This document shows, one piece after another, positions 17,901-27,465 of a stretch of 64,000 bases of DNA (positions are counted from its first letter, which is position 1; every line of letters starts with the position of its first letter). Location of the stretch: the IMG/VR virus record IMGVR_UViG_3300032261_000561. One strand, 5' to 3'. This DNA is from a virus. The translations under genes and the position numbers were made by a program. The notes beneath the pieces are model-generated. The model was given only the letters and a program-made list of their open reading frames with translations, had not been told where the DNA came from and searched no databases.

Positions 17901-19964
17901 CAGCGGGTTGCTGCTGGCATCAATGACATTGCCGAATCCCGAGAGGATGGTGGCCGAAGGCAGTACACCCCCACCCGTGAGCCAGGTACCGACACCCGTC
18001 GCAAGCCCTGTCAGTCCGCCCGCACCCAACGTGGTGGCCGCCGGTAACGCACCACCGCTGGTGAGCCAGGTACCTACGCCTGTCGCTAGCCCCGTCAACC
18101 CTGCTGCGCCCAACGTAATACCGACAGGCAGTGCACCCAAGGCCAGCCCGGCAAGGGCCAACACCCCAGACGAGCTAAGGTTGGTCAGGTAACCCGGCAG
18201 ACTGGTGACTTGGCCGATGGTTGCAGTAGTGGCTGCCGGGAGTGCACCGCCACTGGTGAGCCAGGTGGCGATCCCCGCTGCAAGGCCGGTCAACCCCGAG
18301 GCACCAAGAGTTGTCGCGGAAGGCAAGGCACCGCCGCCGGTGAGCCACGAACCGATACCTGTTGCGAGGCCGGTCAGCTGCCCCCCGGGTAGCGTGATCC
18401 CGGCCGGGAGGGAGCCTGATGCCAGACCCGCGAGTGCCAGCACACCCGAACTGCTCAGGTTACTCAGATAGCCGGTGAGGCCGGTGATTCGGGAGATCGC
18501 CAGCATGGGGATGTTGGCCACGTTGAACAGCTGACTGGCGTCAAACTGACCAAGGGTGTTGAAGTACTGGGTGTAGGTGCTCAGGTCGGTGATGTTGGCG
18601 ATCGGGATGGCTCCCAGCCCGAGGATCAGATGGCCCAGATCGGACCCGCCGGTGCCCAGCGCGGCGTTGGCATCGGTCAGGAAGGTGGTCCAGGTCGAAA
18701 GGGGAAGCAGACCGGCCAGGCTTCCCGTCAACCCGGCGACGCTGCTTATCGGGATGTTGCCCAACGCGGTGATCAGACTGGGGAGGTCGACGCCCAGCGA
18801 GCCCAGCGCCGCGTTGGCATCGGCCAGAAAGCTGTTCCAGGTACTCAGGGAAAGAAACGACGCCAGAGCCGCTACCAGGCCCTGGACATTGCCTTGTGGG
18901 ATGTTCTGCAACCCGAGAACGAAATGACCGATGTCGGATCCGGCCTGGCCCAACGCCGCATTGGAATCGGACAGGAAGGTGGTCCAGGTGGACAGGTCCA
19001 GCAGATTGTTCAGCGCATCTTGCAGGCCAGAGATGTTAGCAATCTCTAGCAGCGGAATGACCGCTACCTCCAATATCGTCCCGATGACCGGGGTCCCGAA
19101 CAGAAGGGTCAGCAGACTGTTCCAGTCGGACGTCGAGACACCCCCGCTGCCCGGGGTTCCCCACTCCAATCCCCCGCTGCCGTTGGAGACAACCGGGTCA
19201 CCGGCTGCGGGGGTGCCTGTGATGTCGCTGTACTGCAGCGCCGTCCCAGCCAGTCCCAGCAGGTTTTGGATGTCGGTAGTCAGCATGGACTCCGGAATGC
19301 CTCCTGCGGGCAGCTGGAAGGCACTACCGGCCAGATTGATGGTGGTGTTGAGCGTGTTCTGGAAGACCTGTGTCAGGTCGGAGAGGTTAACGTTGCCCGA
19401 GCCCAGCAGCGGAATCCACTGGCCGTTCTGGGTGTAGACCGGGGTGGTGGTGTTGGGCTGCTTGAGCGGTGTACCGATGCCGTAGGCCAGCGATCCGTTG
19501 TCGACAGTGGCAGCGTCGGGTAGCGCGCCTCCCCCGGTGTCTCCCCGGCGGGCCCGGCGGATGGTGTCGAGCAGCGAGCTGTCGGCGTTGGCCAGCCTCA
19601 GCGGGCCGTTGGCGTTGATCTGGCTGCCGTGCAGCTGGATGGGACCCGCGCCGGTGCCAATCTGCTGCTGGCCCTCGGTGGCCGGGAGGGTGATCTCGGG
19701 GGTATTGAAGGGGATCTTGGAGTCCAGGATCCAGGTGACGCCGGGCTTGGGTGTCGGCCAGGGCGCCTGGACGATGTACCACTGCTCGCCGCGTGACGGG
19801 GTGAGCTGGATGGCCCCGACGTGATAACTCAAGTCGATGACGACGGGTTTCTCGCCGCGCACCAGGCCGGTCGCGGTATTGCTGGCCGCATCGACGTTCA
19901 GGATCGCTGCAGCCTGCCTGGCGATCTGCCGAGGAGTCCCTCGGTTGTACCCGACTATGGTCAT
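14982..19964 (-). CDS. Large spike/minor tail protein with internal repeats and Gly-rich region
   Basis: 1660 aa immediately downstream of the hub gene (ATGA overlap); repeats; C-terminal domain similar to that of 9847..11418. Confidence 0.65.
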   Translation of the reverse strand: MTIVGYNRGTPRQIARQAAAILNVDAASNTATGLVRGEKPVVIDLSYHVGAIQLTPSRGEQWYIVQAPWPTPKPGVTWILDSKIPFNTPEITLPATEGQQQIGTGAGPIQLHGSQINANGPLRLANADSSLLDTIRRARRGDTGGGALPDAATVDNGSLAYGIGTPLKQPNTTTPVYTQNGQWIPLLGSGNVNLSDLTQVFQNTLNTTINLAGSAFQLPAGGIPESMLTTDIQNLLGLAGTALQYSDITGTPAAGDPVVSNGSGGLEWGTPGSGGVSTSDWNSLLTLLFGTPVIGTILEVAVIPLLEIANISGLQDALNNLLDLSTWTTFLSDSNAALGQAGSDIGHFVLGLQNIPQGNVQGLVAALASFLSLSTWNSFLADANAALGSLGVDLPSLITALGNIPISSVAGLTGSLAGLLPLSTWTTFLTDANAALGTGGSDLGHLILGLGAIPIANITDLSTYTQYFNTLGQFDASQLFNVANIPMLAISRITGLTGYLSNLSSSGVLALAGLASGSLPAGITLPGGQLTGLATGIGSWLTGGGALPSATTLGASGLTGLAAGIATWLTSGGALPAATTATIGQVTSLPGYLTNLSSSGVLALAGLALGALPVGITLGAAGLTGLATGVGTWLTSGGALPAATTLGAGGLTGLATGVGTWLTGGGVLPSATILSGFGNVIDASSNPLSGYLTNMTSSGTFTPLQQLIDGTVGGTNNPVSSLIALINNISVRFFSEIPTGVINGVNTLFNLTQTATSGTLQVFVNGLLQRYGTDYTTSGAAVTLANAPGVGDTVHAMYQVGTTGGGMPYATVDSLMQSITGSTTTGGGGLSGMATWFTDLTGLMGSPTGLGTGVPVLPGVNSIPLLGPVQSQITSFIDNALGAGGSSFPWNFPLGFGNQTNTMGQVGTQISNGEHLAQQVLDTVVQQYTGTTNTGNSVQQLVSALNQQPGGSLGSVIPAEVLPDITAEMSSGIQAAHEVATSATTDLAAVLEYAQQESAQALGSFVQNTNVQTAIANAVSQGSVDALVTALNGIPVIGAPLAQLASSFTGHLTGLVNNWQGTTLPSAATPQVNAAAAAAANQQLQLAALTASIQSQLPHFYGGGNAGLSFQQTFTGTLPSGWVTPLAPGAGLVYNCALNTAQQASTDTQTVSGIWNVADNYPKMLILRSNATMTSYHYAIIQSNTSTNNCRIGVVVGGVNTPLGSAFGLPGSGALVANYAYNFEAVGRTLVLTGPNGLNQQVTDGSNVGQIGANYRYGGFGTGGTSLGTSGWGGATSGTFTPPAGMVTGDQYEVVAIAAGGGGGGGVGTWGNGGAGGQISTGLVTIGSSIGPAVGQAFTYYAGGGGGVGQSIYYVVQHEEFYFYGGNTGVITDTASNAAYPGAAGDVAYIQWPSPSGTQQIYSYGGGGGAANGGSPTGGAAGSAYINGDLFSGGPAASGWGATNGAAPDYNGGAGNNWGGGGTGCYSGTAQTDGADYYDGPHNHWIYWYYGINGWQYAGGGAPGAAWITPISRQLPGSMTSWAFYDAAVAGPISAQVPAGENTSSTSWADLATTTDTVTVNVGPSGMVVVTLGALIYPQTAGQWGMMGVALSGANTLAAQDTPNNYAIGHNVPTVGSWILAGNTFLIPNLNQGATIFKAKYQVSGGSCTFYNRALTVLPL
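17880..19010 (-). repeat. Coding repeats: about four GLA.G...WLT.GG.LP.AT units and three LSTW..FL.D.NAALG units
   Basis: Visible in the translation of 14982..19964; boundaries approximate. Confidence 0.75.
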
Positions 19965-22957
19965 GTAGAAACCACCGTGGGAATGGGTGCACCGGGGGTC
20001 CCCGGGTTGACAACCGTCTGCGCCGGGGGCGGACTGTTGTCAGGGGTGTTGGGTGCGTTCCAGAGGTTTCTGATGAAGGGGTTGGACGGCGAGGACACGA
20101 TCGCGGAAGTGTGGAACCCATGCTCGAAGTCGAACTGGTGGGTCACTTCATTGACGTAGAACTGCACCGAGTGACCCTGGCACAACACGCGCATACCCGG
20201 GAAAAGATCCGGCATGAAGGTCATCGAAATCGAACTTTGATACTGCGCCGACCACTTCTCCATGAACAGGCGCACGGCCAGCAGGAACTCCATTTCGGCG
20301 ACGCTCGTCAGAGCGTATTCGACCTGGACGGGCCGCACCCCGAACCGCGCCATGAGCTGCTTGCCGGTCATGGTTTCTAGATCGCCGGGCGCCACTTTGC
20401 GCATCCGCTCGTACAGCTCGGTGTTCTCCACGGTGGCATAGCCCATGGTCAACAGCCACCCGAGGGTGGCGTCCATCTCGCCAACCATGCTGACTGCACC
20501 GTTGACGTAGACGTGGGTGGCCAGCGCGTCATCGGAGAAGTTGAGCGTCAAATCTTTCAGCTCGACGTCTTCCAAGATGAAGACCGCCGGTTTGCCGTCC
20601 ATGCCAAAAAAGTCCGGATAGTAGGCGATGAAGTCACCATTGGGCGCGCTAGCGAAACTGCGCAAGCCGCCTCCGCATATCGCAGCCACCGCCTGCATGA
20701 GCGGCTGGGCGTTGATGAAGTCTTTCTCGCCGTTCATCATCCCGAACATCGCTGCGGTCTCGCTGATGAACTGGCTCGGATCGAACATATAGGTGAACAG
20801 GTTCATCGCGATCTGTTCGCTGCTGCCTCCCGACGCCGCCCCATTAACCGAACCCTCCGATGCCAGAACCGTGGAGGGGGAAGCCAACGGAGTATTACCG
20901 CCGCCACCGGCGGCCGGATTGAAAGGAGCGGCGGGATTGGGGCCGCCGTTCGAGCAGAAGCGGAAGACGCCATAGGCAGATGACGGCGAGAAGCTGGCCT
21001 TGACCCGATGGATGGGGACCCCCGGCGTAGAGGCCTCGATGATGGTGCCGTCCCCCAGCCACATCGTGGTGTGCGTCGACTGGGGCTGAATGGTGTCGCC
21101 CCGCGCGGCATTAACGCCCATGATCCGCTGGCCTTTACCGGCCTGGGAGGTGGTGTCGCGGCCGATCTCCAAGCCGATCGAGTGGAAGGCCGCCTGCATC
21201 AGGCCCGAGCAGTCATACCCGGCAGGCCCGGTACCGCCCCAGACATAGGGCTTGCCAATCTGGGCGTAGCAGAAGTTGATGGCGCCCTCGGAATCGTAGG
21301 GAAGATTGCTCGGGGCTTTAGGGCCACTGGGACCGGGGGTGCCGCCGCCGGGACCGCTGGTCAGGATGACGGTGGGACTAGAGGTGGGGCTGTTCAAGGC
21401 GGTGGTCAACGTGGGATTGTTGCCCAGCACCGGGGCTAGGGCGGTGGTCTGCTGGACGGGCAGGCTGCTGGTTACCGCACTCGTCGCGGCGGAACCGGGA
21501 GCGGCGGTGCTGTTGCGGTACTGCTGCACGTACTGGGTGGCCAGCGGGATGGCTGCATCGACTTTGGCCTCATAACCCGCCTGGTCACCCGCCCGTTGCA
21601 CATCCCAGCCTGCCACCCCGGGATCCATGTTCTGCCACTGGTACTTCTGCAGCGCGTTGAAAAACATGGTGGCGGCCTGCCGTGGGTTCATCCGCTCGGC
21701 CGTGGTACCCCACGCACCCCCGTCCTGCTGCTGGAAGATTCCCACCGAGCTGCCGTCGTGGCCCACCGCGTCATGCGGCAGGTTCAGAGACTCTTGATTA
21801 CCGGCGTTGGCATAGTTCACAATCTGGGTTCCACCGCCGGTTTCCACCATCGCCACTGCCGCCCCAATGATGGCGGCGTCTTGGTTGGTCATGGCGGTCT
21901 TGTAATTCTGAGCCACCTGCTGAGTCTGCTGCGCGTCGGTGCGGCTAGCCTGATCTCGCGATCCTTCACCGGCCGTGGCCGCCTGCGAGAGTCCGCTGGA
22001 CAGCTTGATGTTGGTGGTGTTGGGTCCCATGCCGCAGGCATCACAGGCCTGCACGATCTGGGAAACGTAGAAGGCGGTGCCCCCTCCCGGGTTAATGGGC
22101 CCGGGCAATCCGGCGCCGGGGTTGTACCCGGCGTTTTGGGCGGGGGTGGGGTTGTTCGCGGAGGTACCCTCGATCAGCTGGCGGAAGTACTCACCGGCCT
22201 GCCGGTCTGTCGGCTGTTTATTCATCTGGGCTCGCAGCAGGTCCATAAAGCCGCTGGGGAACCGCTGGATGTGCACGGTGGACGGATCCCAGTGCCCCAC
22301 CTTGGTCAGCAAGTCGAAGAGCATCTGGCTCAGGCCGGTGTCGCCGTATTTGCTATTCGGGTTGCTGGGATCAGGGCTCCCGCCGGGAGGAGAGTATTGC
22401 TGCTGGTTGAAAAAGTTCAGCGAATCCTGCAAGCCAGGGTTCCACCAGTAGCACAACAGCCGCTTGAGGGTGCAGGTGGCTTTGAAGGACACGATGGCCG
22501 GGTAAATTTGCAGGAAGGGGACAGAGTCCAGGTAGCCCGAGAACACTTGGATCCAGTCCCCGCCGCGCTTCATGTAGCAAGTCACGCGGTCCATGCGGTA
22601 AAACAGCGATCCCCCCATCACCGTGCCATTGGTGTAGCGCAGGCCCTTGTTGTGGCACTCCCAGATCAGGGTGGAGGCGGCGTTTTCTTTGCGGAGCACC
22701 GTACCGCGCACGATATCGGCGCTGATGTCGAACTGCTTCCCGTTGTGCGCGATGAGGATGCGGCAGTCGGGGGAGTAGACCAGTGTTCCGTTGACCGGCG
22801 GCCAACTGGTGTTGTTCAGCGGCTGAGCGGAAGGTCCCAGGTTGGGTTGAGGCCCGGGTCCTGCTGGGACGGGCGGCGGGGTGACGGCACCTGTCGGAAT
22901 GAACTGACCGGGGATCCCGGCTCCGGCCCCGGTCCTGTCTCCTGGCGTGATAGACAT
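19961..22957 (-). CDS. Baseplate hub / tail-associated lysin: lysozyme-like + NlpC/P60 peptidase
   Basis: AVAMVETG...SVGIFQQQ..AWGT..ERMNP; GKPYVWGGTGPAGYDCSGL...HTTMWLGDG. Confidence 0.85.
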   Translation of the reverse strand: MSITPGDRTGAGAGIPGQFIPTGAVTPPPVPAGPGPQPNLGPSAQPLNNTSWPPVNGTLVYSPDCRILIAHNGKQFDISADIVRGTVLRKENAASTLIWECHNKGLRYTNGTVMGGSLFYRMDRVTCYMKRGGDWIQVFSGYLDSVPFLQIYPAIVSFKATCTLKRLLCYWWNPGLQDSLNFFNQQQYSPPGGSPDPSNPNSKYGDTGLSQMLFDLLTKVGHWDPSTVHIQRFPSGFMDLLRAQMNKQPTDRQAGEYFRQLIEGTSANNPTPAQNAGYNPGAGLPGPINPGGGTAFYVSQIVQACDACGMGPNTTNIKLSSGLSQAATAGEGSRDQASRTDAQQTQQVAQNYKTAMTNQDAAIIGAAVAMVETGGGTQIVNYANAGNQESLNLPHDAVGHDGSSVGIFQQQDGGAWGTTAERMNPRQAATMFFNALQKYQWQNMDPGVAGWDVQRAGDQAGYEAKVDAAIPLATQYVQQYRNSTAAPGSAATSAVTSSLPVQQTTALAPVLGNNPTLTTALNSPTSSPTVILTSGPGGGTPGPSGPKAPSNLPYDSEGAINFCYAQIGKPYVWGGTGPAGYDCSGLMQAAFHSIGLEIGRDTTSQAGKGQRIMGVNAARGDTIQPQSTHTTMWLGDGTIIEASTPGVPIHRVKASFSPSSAYGVFRFCSNGGPNPAAPFNPAAGGGGNTPLASPSTVLASEGSVNGAASGGSSEQIAMNLFTYMFDPSQFISETAAMFGMMNGEKDFINAQPLMQAVAAICGGGLRSFASAPNGDFIAYYPDFFGMDGKPAVFILEDVELKDLTLNFSDDALATHVYVNGAVSMVGEMDATLGWLLTMGYATVENTELYERMRKVAPGDLETMTGKQLMARFGVRPVQVEYALTSVAEMEFLLAVRLFMEKWSAQYQSSISMTFMPDLFPGMRVLCQGHSVQFYVNEVTHQFDFEHGFHTSAIVSSPSNPFIRNLWNAPNTPDNSPPPAQTVVNPGTPGAPIPTVVST

Positions 22958-22968
22958 CCAATCCCCTC

Positions 22969-23538
22969 CTATACGTTGATCGGCCCTTTAGGGGGCACGG
23001 GGGGCAAGGGCACCTGCCCGCCGCCGGGGAAGGGGGAGTTGGGGGATGGTGTCCCGGGACTGACATCGGGCGGCACGAACATCCCGTCGGGGCTGCCCGC
23101 CCCGTAGACGGTGTCGAACAGCGGGGCCTGACTCACGACGAAGGTGCGTTGGGAGACGAACGAGTCGATCAGCTCGATGGCGAAGCTGGCGCGCTCGGCG
23201 TAGTGGAACCGCTCACCGCCAGCCTTGAAACTGTGGATCAAGCCGGTCCAGTTCATGATGTTGCGCGCGGGCCAGAACAGCGTGACGCCGGGCTCGACGT
23301 AGTTGGTCAGCGCGTTGAGGTGGTGGGTCCGCACGAAGTTCTGGAAGGCCCGATACTCGGCTTGGCTGGCGAAGATGACGTCCAGCTGCAACTCGGGATG
23401 CTGGGCTTTGATCGGGAAGTAGACCATCATCTTCTTGGTCTGTCCGCTCATCATGGTGCCGAACATGGGCGCGGAAAACCGCAGGACGTTCATGGTGAAC
23501 TCCCCGGCGTAGGTGGTCCGGATCAGCAGTCGGCTCAC
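22969..23538 (-). CDS. Tail/baseplate protein
   Basis: GTG at 23538 overlapping the upstream TGA; 189 aa; the track start at 24213 is likely too long. Confidence 0.6.
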   Translation of the reverse strand: MSRLLIRTTYAGEFTMNVLRFSAPMFGTMMSGQTKKMMVYFPIKAQHPELQLDVIFASQAEYRAFQNFVRTHHLNALTNYVEPGVTLFWPARNIMNWTGLIHSFKAGGERFHYAERASFAIELIDSFVSQRTFVVSQAPLFDTVYGAGSPDGMFVPPDVSPGTPSPNSPFPGGGQVPLPPVPPKGPINV

Positions 23539-23717
23539 CGGAAAGCTCCCGGCGCGGGTTGGCGTATCCGCTCGTCGAAGTCGTCGGAGGTGATCATGTA
23601 GACCAGGCCAATCTCGTAACTGAAGCCGATGCCGTTGAGGTTGACGTCCGGTGGATACTGGGCGGCCACCGGATTGGGGCGCGAAATAGGACAGTTGGAG
23701 GCATAACCCATGGACAT
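23535..23717 (-). CDS. Small tail-region protein
   Basis: 60 aa, AAGGAG SD, coupled to the next gene. Confidence 0.6.
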   Translation of the reverse strand: MSMGYASNCPISRPNPVAAQYPPDVNLNGIGFSYEIGLVYMITSDDFDERIRQPAPGAFR

Positions 23718-23726
23718 GAGATCTCC

Positions 23727-24569
23727 TTAGACAGTGACAACTTTGGGGCCGGGGGGAGCAGCAGGAGGAGCACCGGGAGCGGGAGGGGCACCAGGAGCTG
23801 GTGGAGCACCGGGAGCGGTGCCAGGATTGGGGTTCGTCGCGTTGGGGAGCAGAAGGGTGGAGAAGCCCCCGCCGCTTCCGCCGGTGCCGGTGCCGGGGCC
23901 CTGGTAGGGGCCGTACGCCGAGCCGCTGTTGTAGCGATCGCGCTTCCAGCCGATGCCGTCTCGCATCCTGTTCAGAGTGGTGTCGATGATGGCGCCGGAG
24001 ACGATGCCGGAGACGTCTTCCTGGACCTTGAAGTGCAGCTCCAACGGCCGCACGGTGGCATCCACCTCGTCTTTGAACGGGATGGACAGCGCGTAGACCT
24101 TGAACTTCCAGTTGCGGGTCGTGTACTGGAAGGTGGCTGGCTGCGCCAGTGGGTTCTTCTGGTAATCCAGGTAGTCGCGCAGCCACAGCGCAAGGTTGGC
24201 GGCATAGGACCACCCGGCGTTCCCGGCCTCAACAACCACGATCAGGTCGTCGATCTTGCAGGACAAGATCTGCACCACCCTGCCGCCGAACGTCTGCTCG
24301 ATGTTGGTGTTGAGCGTGTAGGAGAAATTGACCAGGTTGGGGTTGGTGCGGAAGCGCCAGGTGTGCCCGGCGTACGACAGCGAGGCGATGCCCCGCAAAG
24401 GGGACTGGAAGTCCGAGCTGGAATAGTTTTGCGGTGCCGTAACCGGGATCTGCTTGAAAGGCAGTTCCGGCATCGCCTGGACGGCCGACTGGGGGCCGAA
24501 CGGATTGGTCAGCGGGTTGGTGACCGGCCCGGGTGCTGGACCGACCGGAGGCAGATTTCCAATGGGCAT
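23727..24569 (-). CDS. Tail tube initiator-like protein
   Basis: 280 aa right after tape measure (TGATG overlap); FRTNPN...EQTFGGRVVQ. Confidence 0.55.
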   Translation of the reverse strand: MPIGNLPPVGPAPGPVTNPLTNPFGPQSAVQAMPELPFKQIPVTAPQNYSSSDFQSPLRGIASLSYAGHTWRFRTNPNLVNFSYTLNTNIEQTFGGRVVQILSCKIDDLIVVVEAGNAGWSYAANLALWLRDYLDYQKNPLAQPATFQYTTRNWKFKVYALSIPFKDEVDATVRPLELHFKVQEDVSGIVSGAIIDTTLNRMRDGIGWKRDRYNSGSAYGPYQGPGTGTGGSGGGFSTLLLPNATNPNPGTAPGAPPAPGAPPAPGAPPAAPPGPKVVTV

Positions 24570-27046
24570 CAGCCGTACCTCATCCCGCGCGAAGTGATGC
24601 CGTCACCGGGCGGCGCGTTGTTCTTGGTGGCGTTGCCGTAGCCCGCGTTGGCCGCCTGTTCGTTGGAGGTGATCGGGACGTAGTTGGGCACGTTGAGGAC
24701 TTGGCGCATGTTGGCCGGATGCACGGTGACCTTCAGTTCGCCGGATAAGCCGCTGGGCTTGGTGCCGCCTCGGCCGTCCCCCGAACCGGGACCACCCGAA
24801 CGATCAGTGGCTCCCGGGATGTCGGAGAGCTTGCTGCCCGCGCCGGTGTCGCCTTTCTGACGCACCCGTATCTTGCCGCTCTTGAGGTCTCTGAGCATGT
24901 CGGCGTTGGTGGGATCGAAGGTCTTCCAGTCGCTCCCTGCTCCCACCTCGAAGCCATGGCCACCGAAGGCGGTCACCAAGTTTTGTTCGATGTCGAGCGA
25001 CTCGCTCTGGCCGGTCATACCGTGCTTCTCGGCATAGCGCTGAGCGACATCATCGGGGATGGAGAGGTTCGCTCCCCCAAGTCCACCTATCCCCCCGAGC
25101 CCGAAGGGACCACCCATCCGATCAGTCAGCGCCTTTCGGCCCTGCGCAATCTGACCTTGCCTGCGCGCCTTGGCATCCTGATCCCGTGCCGTCTGATCCT
25201 CCACCAAAGGATCGTCTTTGGCCCCACTCCCCACTTTGCCCGCAGAGTCCATCATTTTCTTTGCCTCAGCACGGTTTAGATTGACGCCCAGCAAACTCCT
25301 CATGTTCAACTGGAACATCATCACGTTGCCGTGGGACATCTTCGCGATCCATGCGATCGTGTTCCACTCCGCGCTGGAAAACTGACCGTTGCTTATCAAG
25401 GCTTCGGTAATCGAACCGGGATCACCGGCGGTGGCGCCAGGGACCTTTATCGGGGTGCCGCCGGGTCCGCCGTGCGCCTGCAGCAGCAAACCCGCTGTGG
25501 GTTTGCCCATGATCGCGTTCTTCAGGTTGGCGCCCATGTCCGCCATCCCGGGCTGGCCGGAAAATTCCTGACCGGCTTCGACGCCAAGCTGGTAAGCCCC
25601 CTGTGGTGAAGCCCCGGCCTGTATCGCGCCCCCTGAAACCGACTCGAAAGCCCGCTCGCGCTCTGGCAGCGTGTTGTAGCCGGTCTGTGACAGCGCCTTC
25701 ATGGTTGCCATCGACTGCGACAGGTTCTGGGTCAACCCGATGACCGACTCGTTGCTGTTGTGCACCCCTTCTTGCAGGATTTTCTGGGACTCTGCCACCG
25801 ACATGTTCATGTCCTTGAGGTTGGACGCCATGAACGCAGTGACGGTGTCGAACTCCTTGCCGGTGTAGCCCTGTGTCAGCGCGCTCTGGATGATTTCGCG
25901 GGACTGCTGAGTGGTGAGGAACGGGTTCAGCGCCATCATGCGGGCCTGCATCTCGTAGCCGAAGCCCTCACCGAAGCCGCCGCCTCGGATCTGCCCCAGC
26001 GCCCGGTAACGCTGGATCTCCCCGCCGATCTTCTTGTAGGCCCCGTAGGCGGCCACACCTGCGGTAATCCCGGCGCCCGCTATCCCCAGGCCCTTGCCGA
26101 GTTTGCCCAGTTGGCCGCCGCCCTTCTTGGGGCTCTCCTCCCCCTCGCCTTCCTCTGGCTCTTCGACGCCTTCCTCGGTTTCCCCTTCCGTCGGGACGGA
26201 CGGCTCCTCCCCTCCCGTCCCGGCCGTGCGGATCCTGGGCCCCCCGGTGGGCGCCGACGGGTCAGGTCTGCTTCGTTGGAGCTTGGCTCCCCAGTTCTGC
26301 AGGGCCCGGCCGACCATGCCTCCCAAGCCGCGTCCACCGACACCCGCCGCGCCCGCCACAGTGCCCGCCGTACCCGCCCAGTCCGCCACCCTGTCACGCC
26401 ACGATTCCCACGGGGCTGCCGGAGCCTGAGGGGAAGCGCGTCCCCTACCGCCGCCGCCGCCACCCCTGGCGGGTGCTGTGCGCTTGGCCTCCTCCTGCTG
26501 CTGCCCCTGGTCGCGGACGGCGATGCGTTCGGCCAGCCTGTCCAGGGACTCCTGGGAAATCGACACCTGAGGCAATTCACCCTGCTTGCCGCCACCCCAG
26601 GCCGCCCGAGCGTTGAGATAGGCACGCGGATCCTGTTGCGCCAGTTGATCGAGCATGGTCTGCGCGCCACCAGTGGGTATCTGGGGGACGACGGCCGGGG
26701 TTCGGTGCGCCGGAACACCCATACCCTCGGTCACCCCGGCCCACGGCTGGGCGTGAGTCCCGGTGGGTACCGCCGTGCTCACCTGCGGCTGGGCACCTTT
26801 CGCGGTGAGGGCCCCCATCCGCTCCATGGTGGCGGCCAGGCTACGACTGCTCTCGGAGGTACGTTCCTGGGCCTCGTTGAGCAGCTGGATGTAGCGGGTG
26901 AAGCTGTCCACACTGCGCGCGGCCGCGTCACTGTTGGTGCGCAGGCGTTCCAGCTCGGTGTTGATCTCGCGCATCTGCGCGCTGGCCTCGGCGGGGATCT
27001 CGAAGTTGACCCGTGCCGAGATGAAGTCGTCGCCACCTGTGGTCAT
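24569..27046 (-). CDS. Tape measure protein
   Basis: 825 aa Ala/Gly-rich helical protein following the frameshifted chaperone. Confidence 0.75.
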   Translation of the reverse strand: MTTGGDDFISARVNFEIPAEASAQMREINTELERLRTNSDAAARSVDSFTRYIQLLNEAQERTSESSRSLAATMERMGALTAKGAQPQVSTAVPTGTHAQPWAGVTEGMGVPAHRTPAVVPQIPTGGAQTMLDQLAQQDPRAYLNARAAWGGGKQGELPQVSISQESLDRLAERIAVRDQGQQQEEAKRTAPARGGGGGGRGRASPQAPAAPWESWRDRVADWAGTAGTVAGAAGVGGRGLGGMVGRALQNWGAKLQRSRPDPSAPTGGPRIRTAGTGGEEPSVPTEGETEEGVEEPEEGEGEESPKKGGGQLGKLGKGLGIAGAGITAGVAAYGAYKKIGGEIQRYRALGQIRGGGFGEGFGYEMQARMMALNPFLTTQQSREIIQSALTQGYTGKEFDTVTAFMASNLKDMNMSVAESQKILQEGVHNSNESVIGLTQNLSQSMATMKALSQTGYNTLPERERAFESVSGGAIQAGASPQGAYQLGVEAGQEFSGQPGMADMGANLKNAIMGKPTAGLLLQAHGGPGGTPIKVPGATAGDPGSITEALISNGQFSSAEWNTIAWIAKMSHGNVMMFQLNMRSLLGVNLNRAEAKKMMDSAGKVGSGAKDDPLVEDQTARDQDAKARRQGQIAQGRKALTDRMGGPFGLGGIGGLGGANLSIPDDVAQRYAEKHGMTGQSESLDIEQNLVTAFGGHGFEVGAGSDWKTFDPTNADMLRDLKSGKIRVRQKGDTGAGSKLSDIPGATDRSGGPGSGDGRGGTKPSGLSGELKVTVHPANMRQVLNVPNYVPITSNEQAANAGYGNATKNNAPPGDGITSRGMRYG

Positions 27047-27465
27047 AAGCGACGCCCGGTGGAGACGTAGTCAGGCGGCAGCTGCCCGGCGGCGATCCAG
27101 CGTTTGACCGCGTTGTTCTCCTGCTGTTCCAGGAACTGGTCGATCGCGTCGTAGTCGCTGTCCTGCAAGGGCAGACCCTGCTCTTTGAAGCCGTCTTCCT
27201 CCTGCTCTTCGTCCTCGTCCTCGATGCCCAGCTCTTTGAGGATCTCCTCGCGGTACAGCTCGATCCAGCGCGGGGGGTTCAGATTGAAGGTTTGCTCGAT
27301 CAGCTCGGCGTGCTTGTCTTCCTTCTCGGTTCGCCGCTTCAGGTACACCCAGTACAGCAACGCCCAGAACTGAGCCTTACTCAGCTCTTTCTGATGGAGC
27401 AAACCTCGTTCGTGGGCTAGGCGCACTTCCAGCTCCGACTTTGCGTCTAGCCTTTTTGTTTTCCC
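27043..27465 (-). CDS. Tail assembly chaperone, -1 frameshift extension (gpT-like)
   Basis: The -1 frame from GGGAAAA reads GKTKRLDAKSELEVRLAHERG... to a stop overlapping the tape measure start. Confidence 0.8.
   Translation of the reverse strand, partial: GKTKRLDAKSELEVRLAHERGLLHQKELSKAQFWALLYWVYLKRRTEKEDKHAELIEQTFNLNPPRWIELYREEILKELGIEDEDEEQEEDGFKEQGLPLQDSDYDAIDQFLEQQENNAVKRWIAAGQLPPDYVSTGRRL

Noticed and set aside
17880-19010. CRISPR-like or non-coding repeat array
   Set aside because: Repeats are degenerate, in frame and conserved at protein level; no spacers or cas genes
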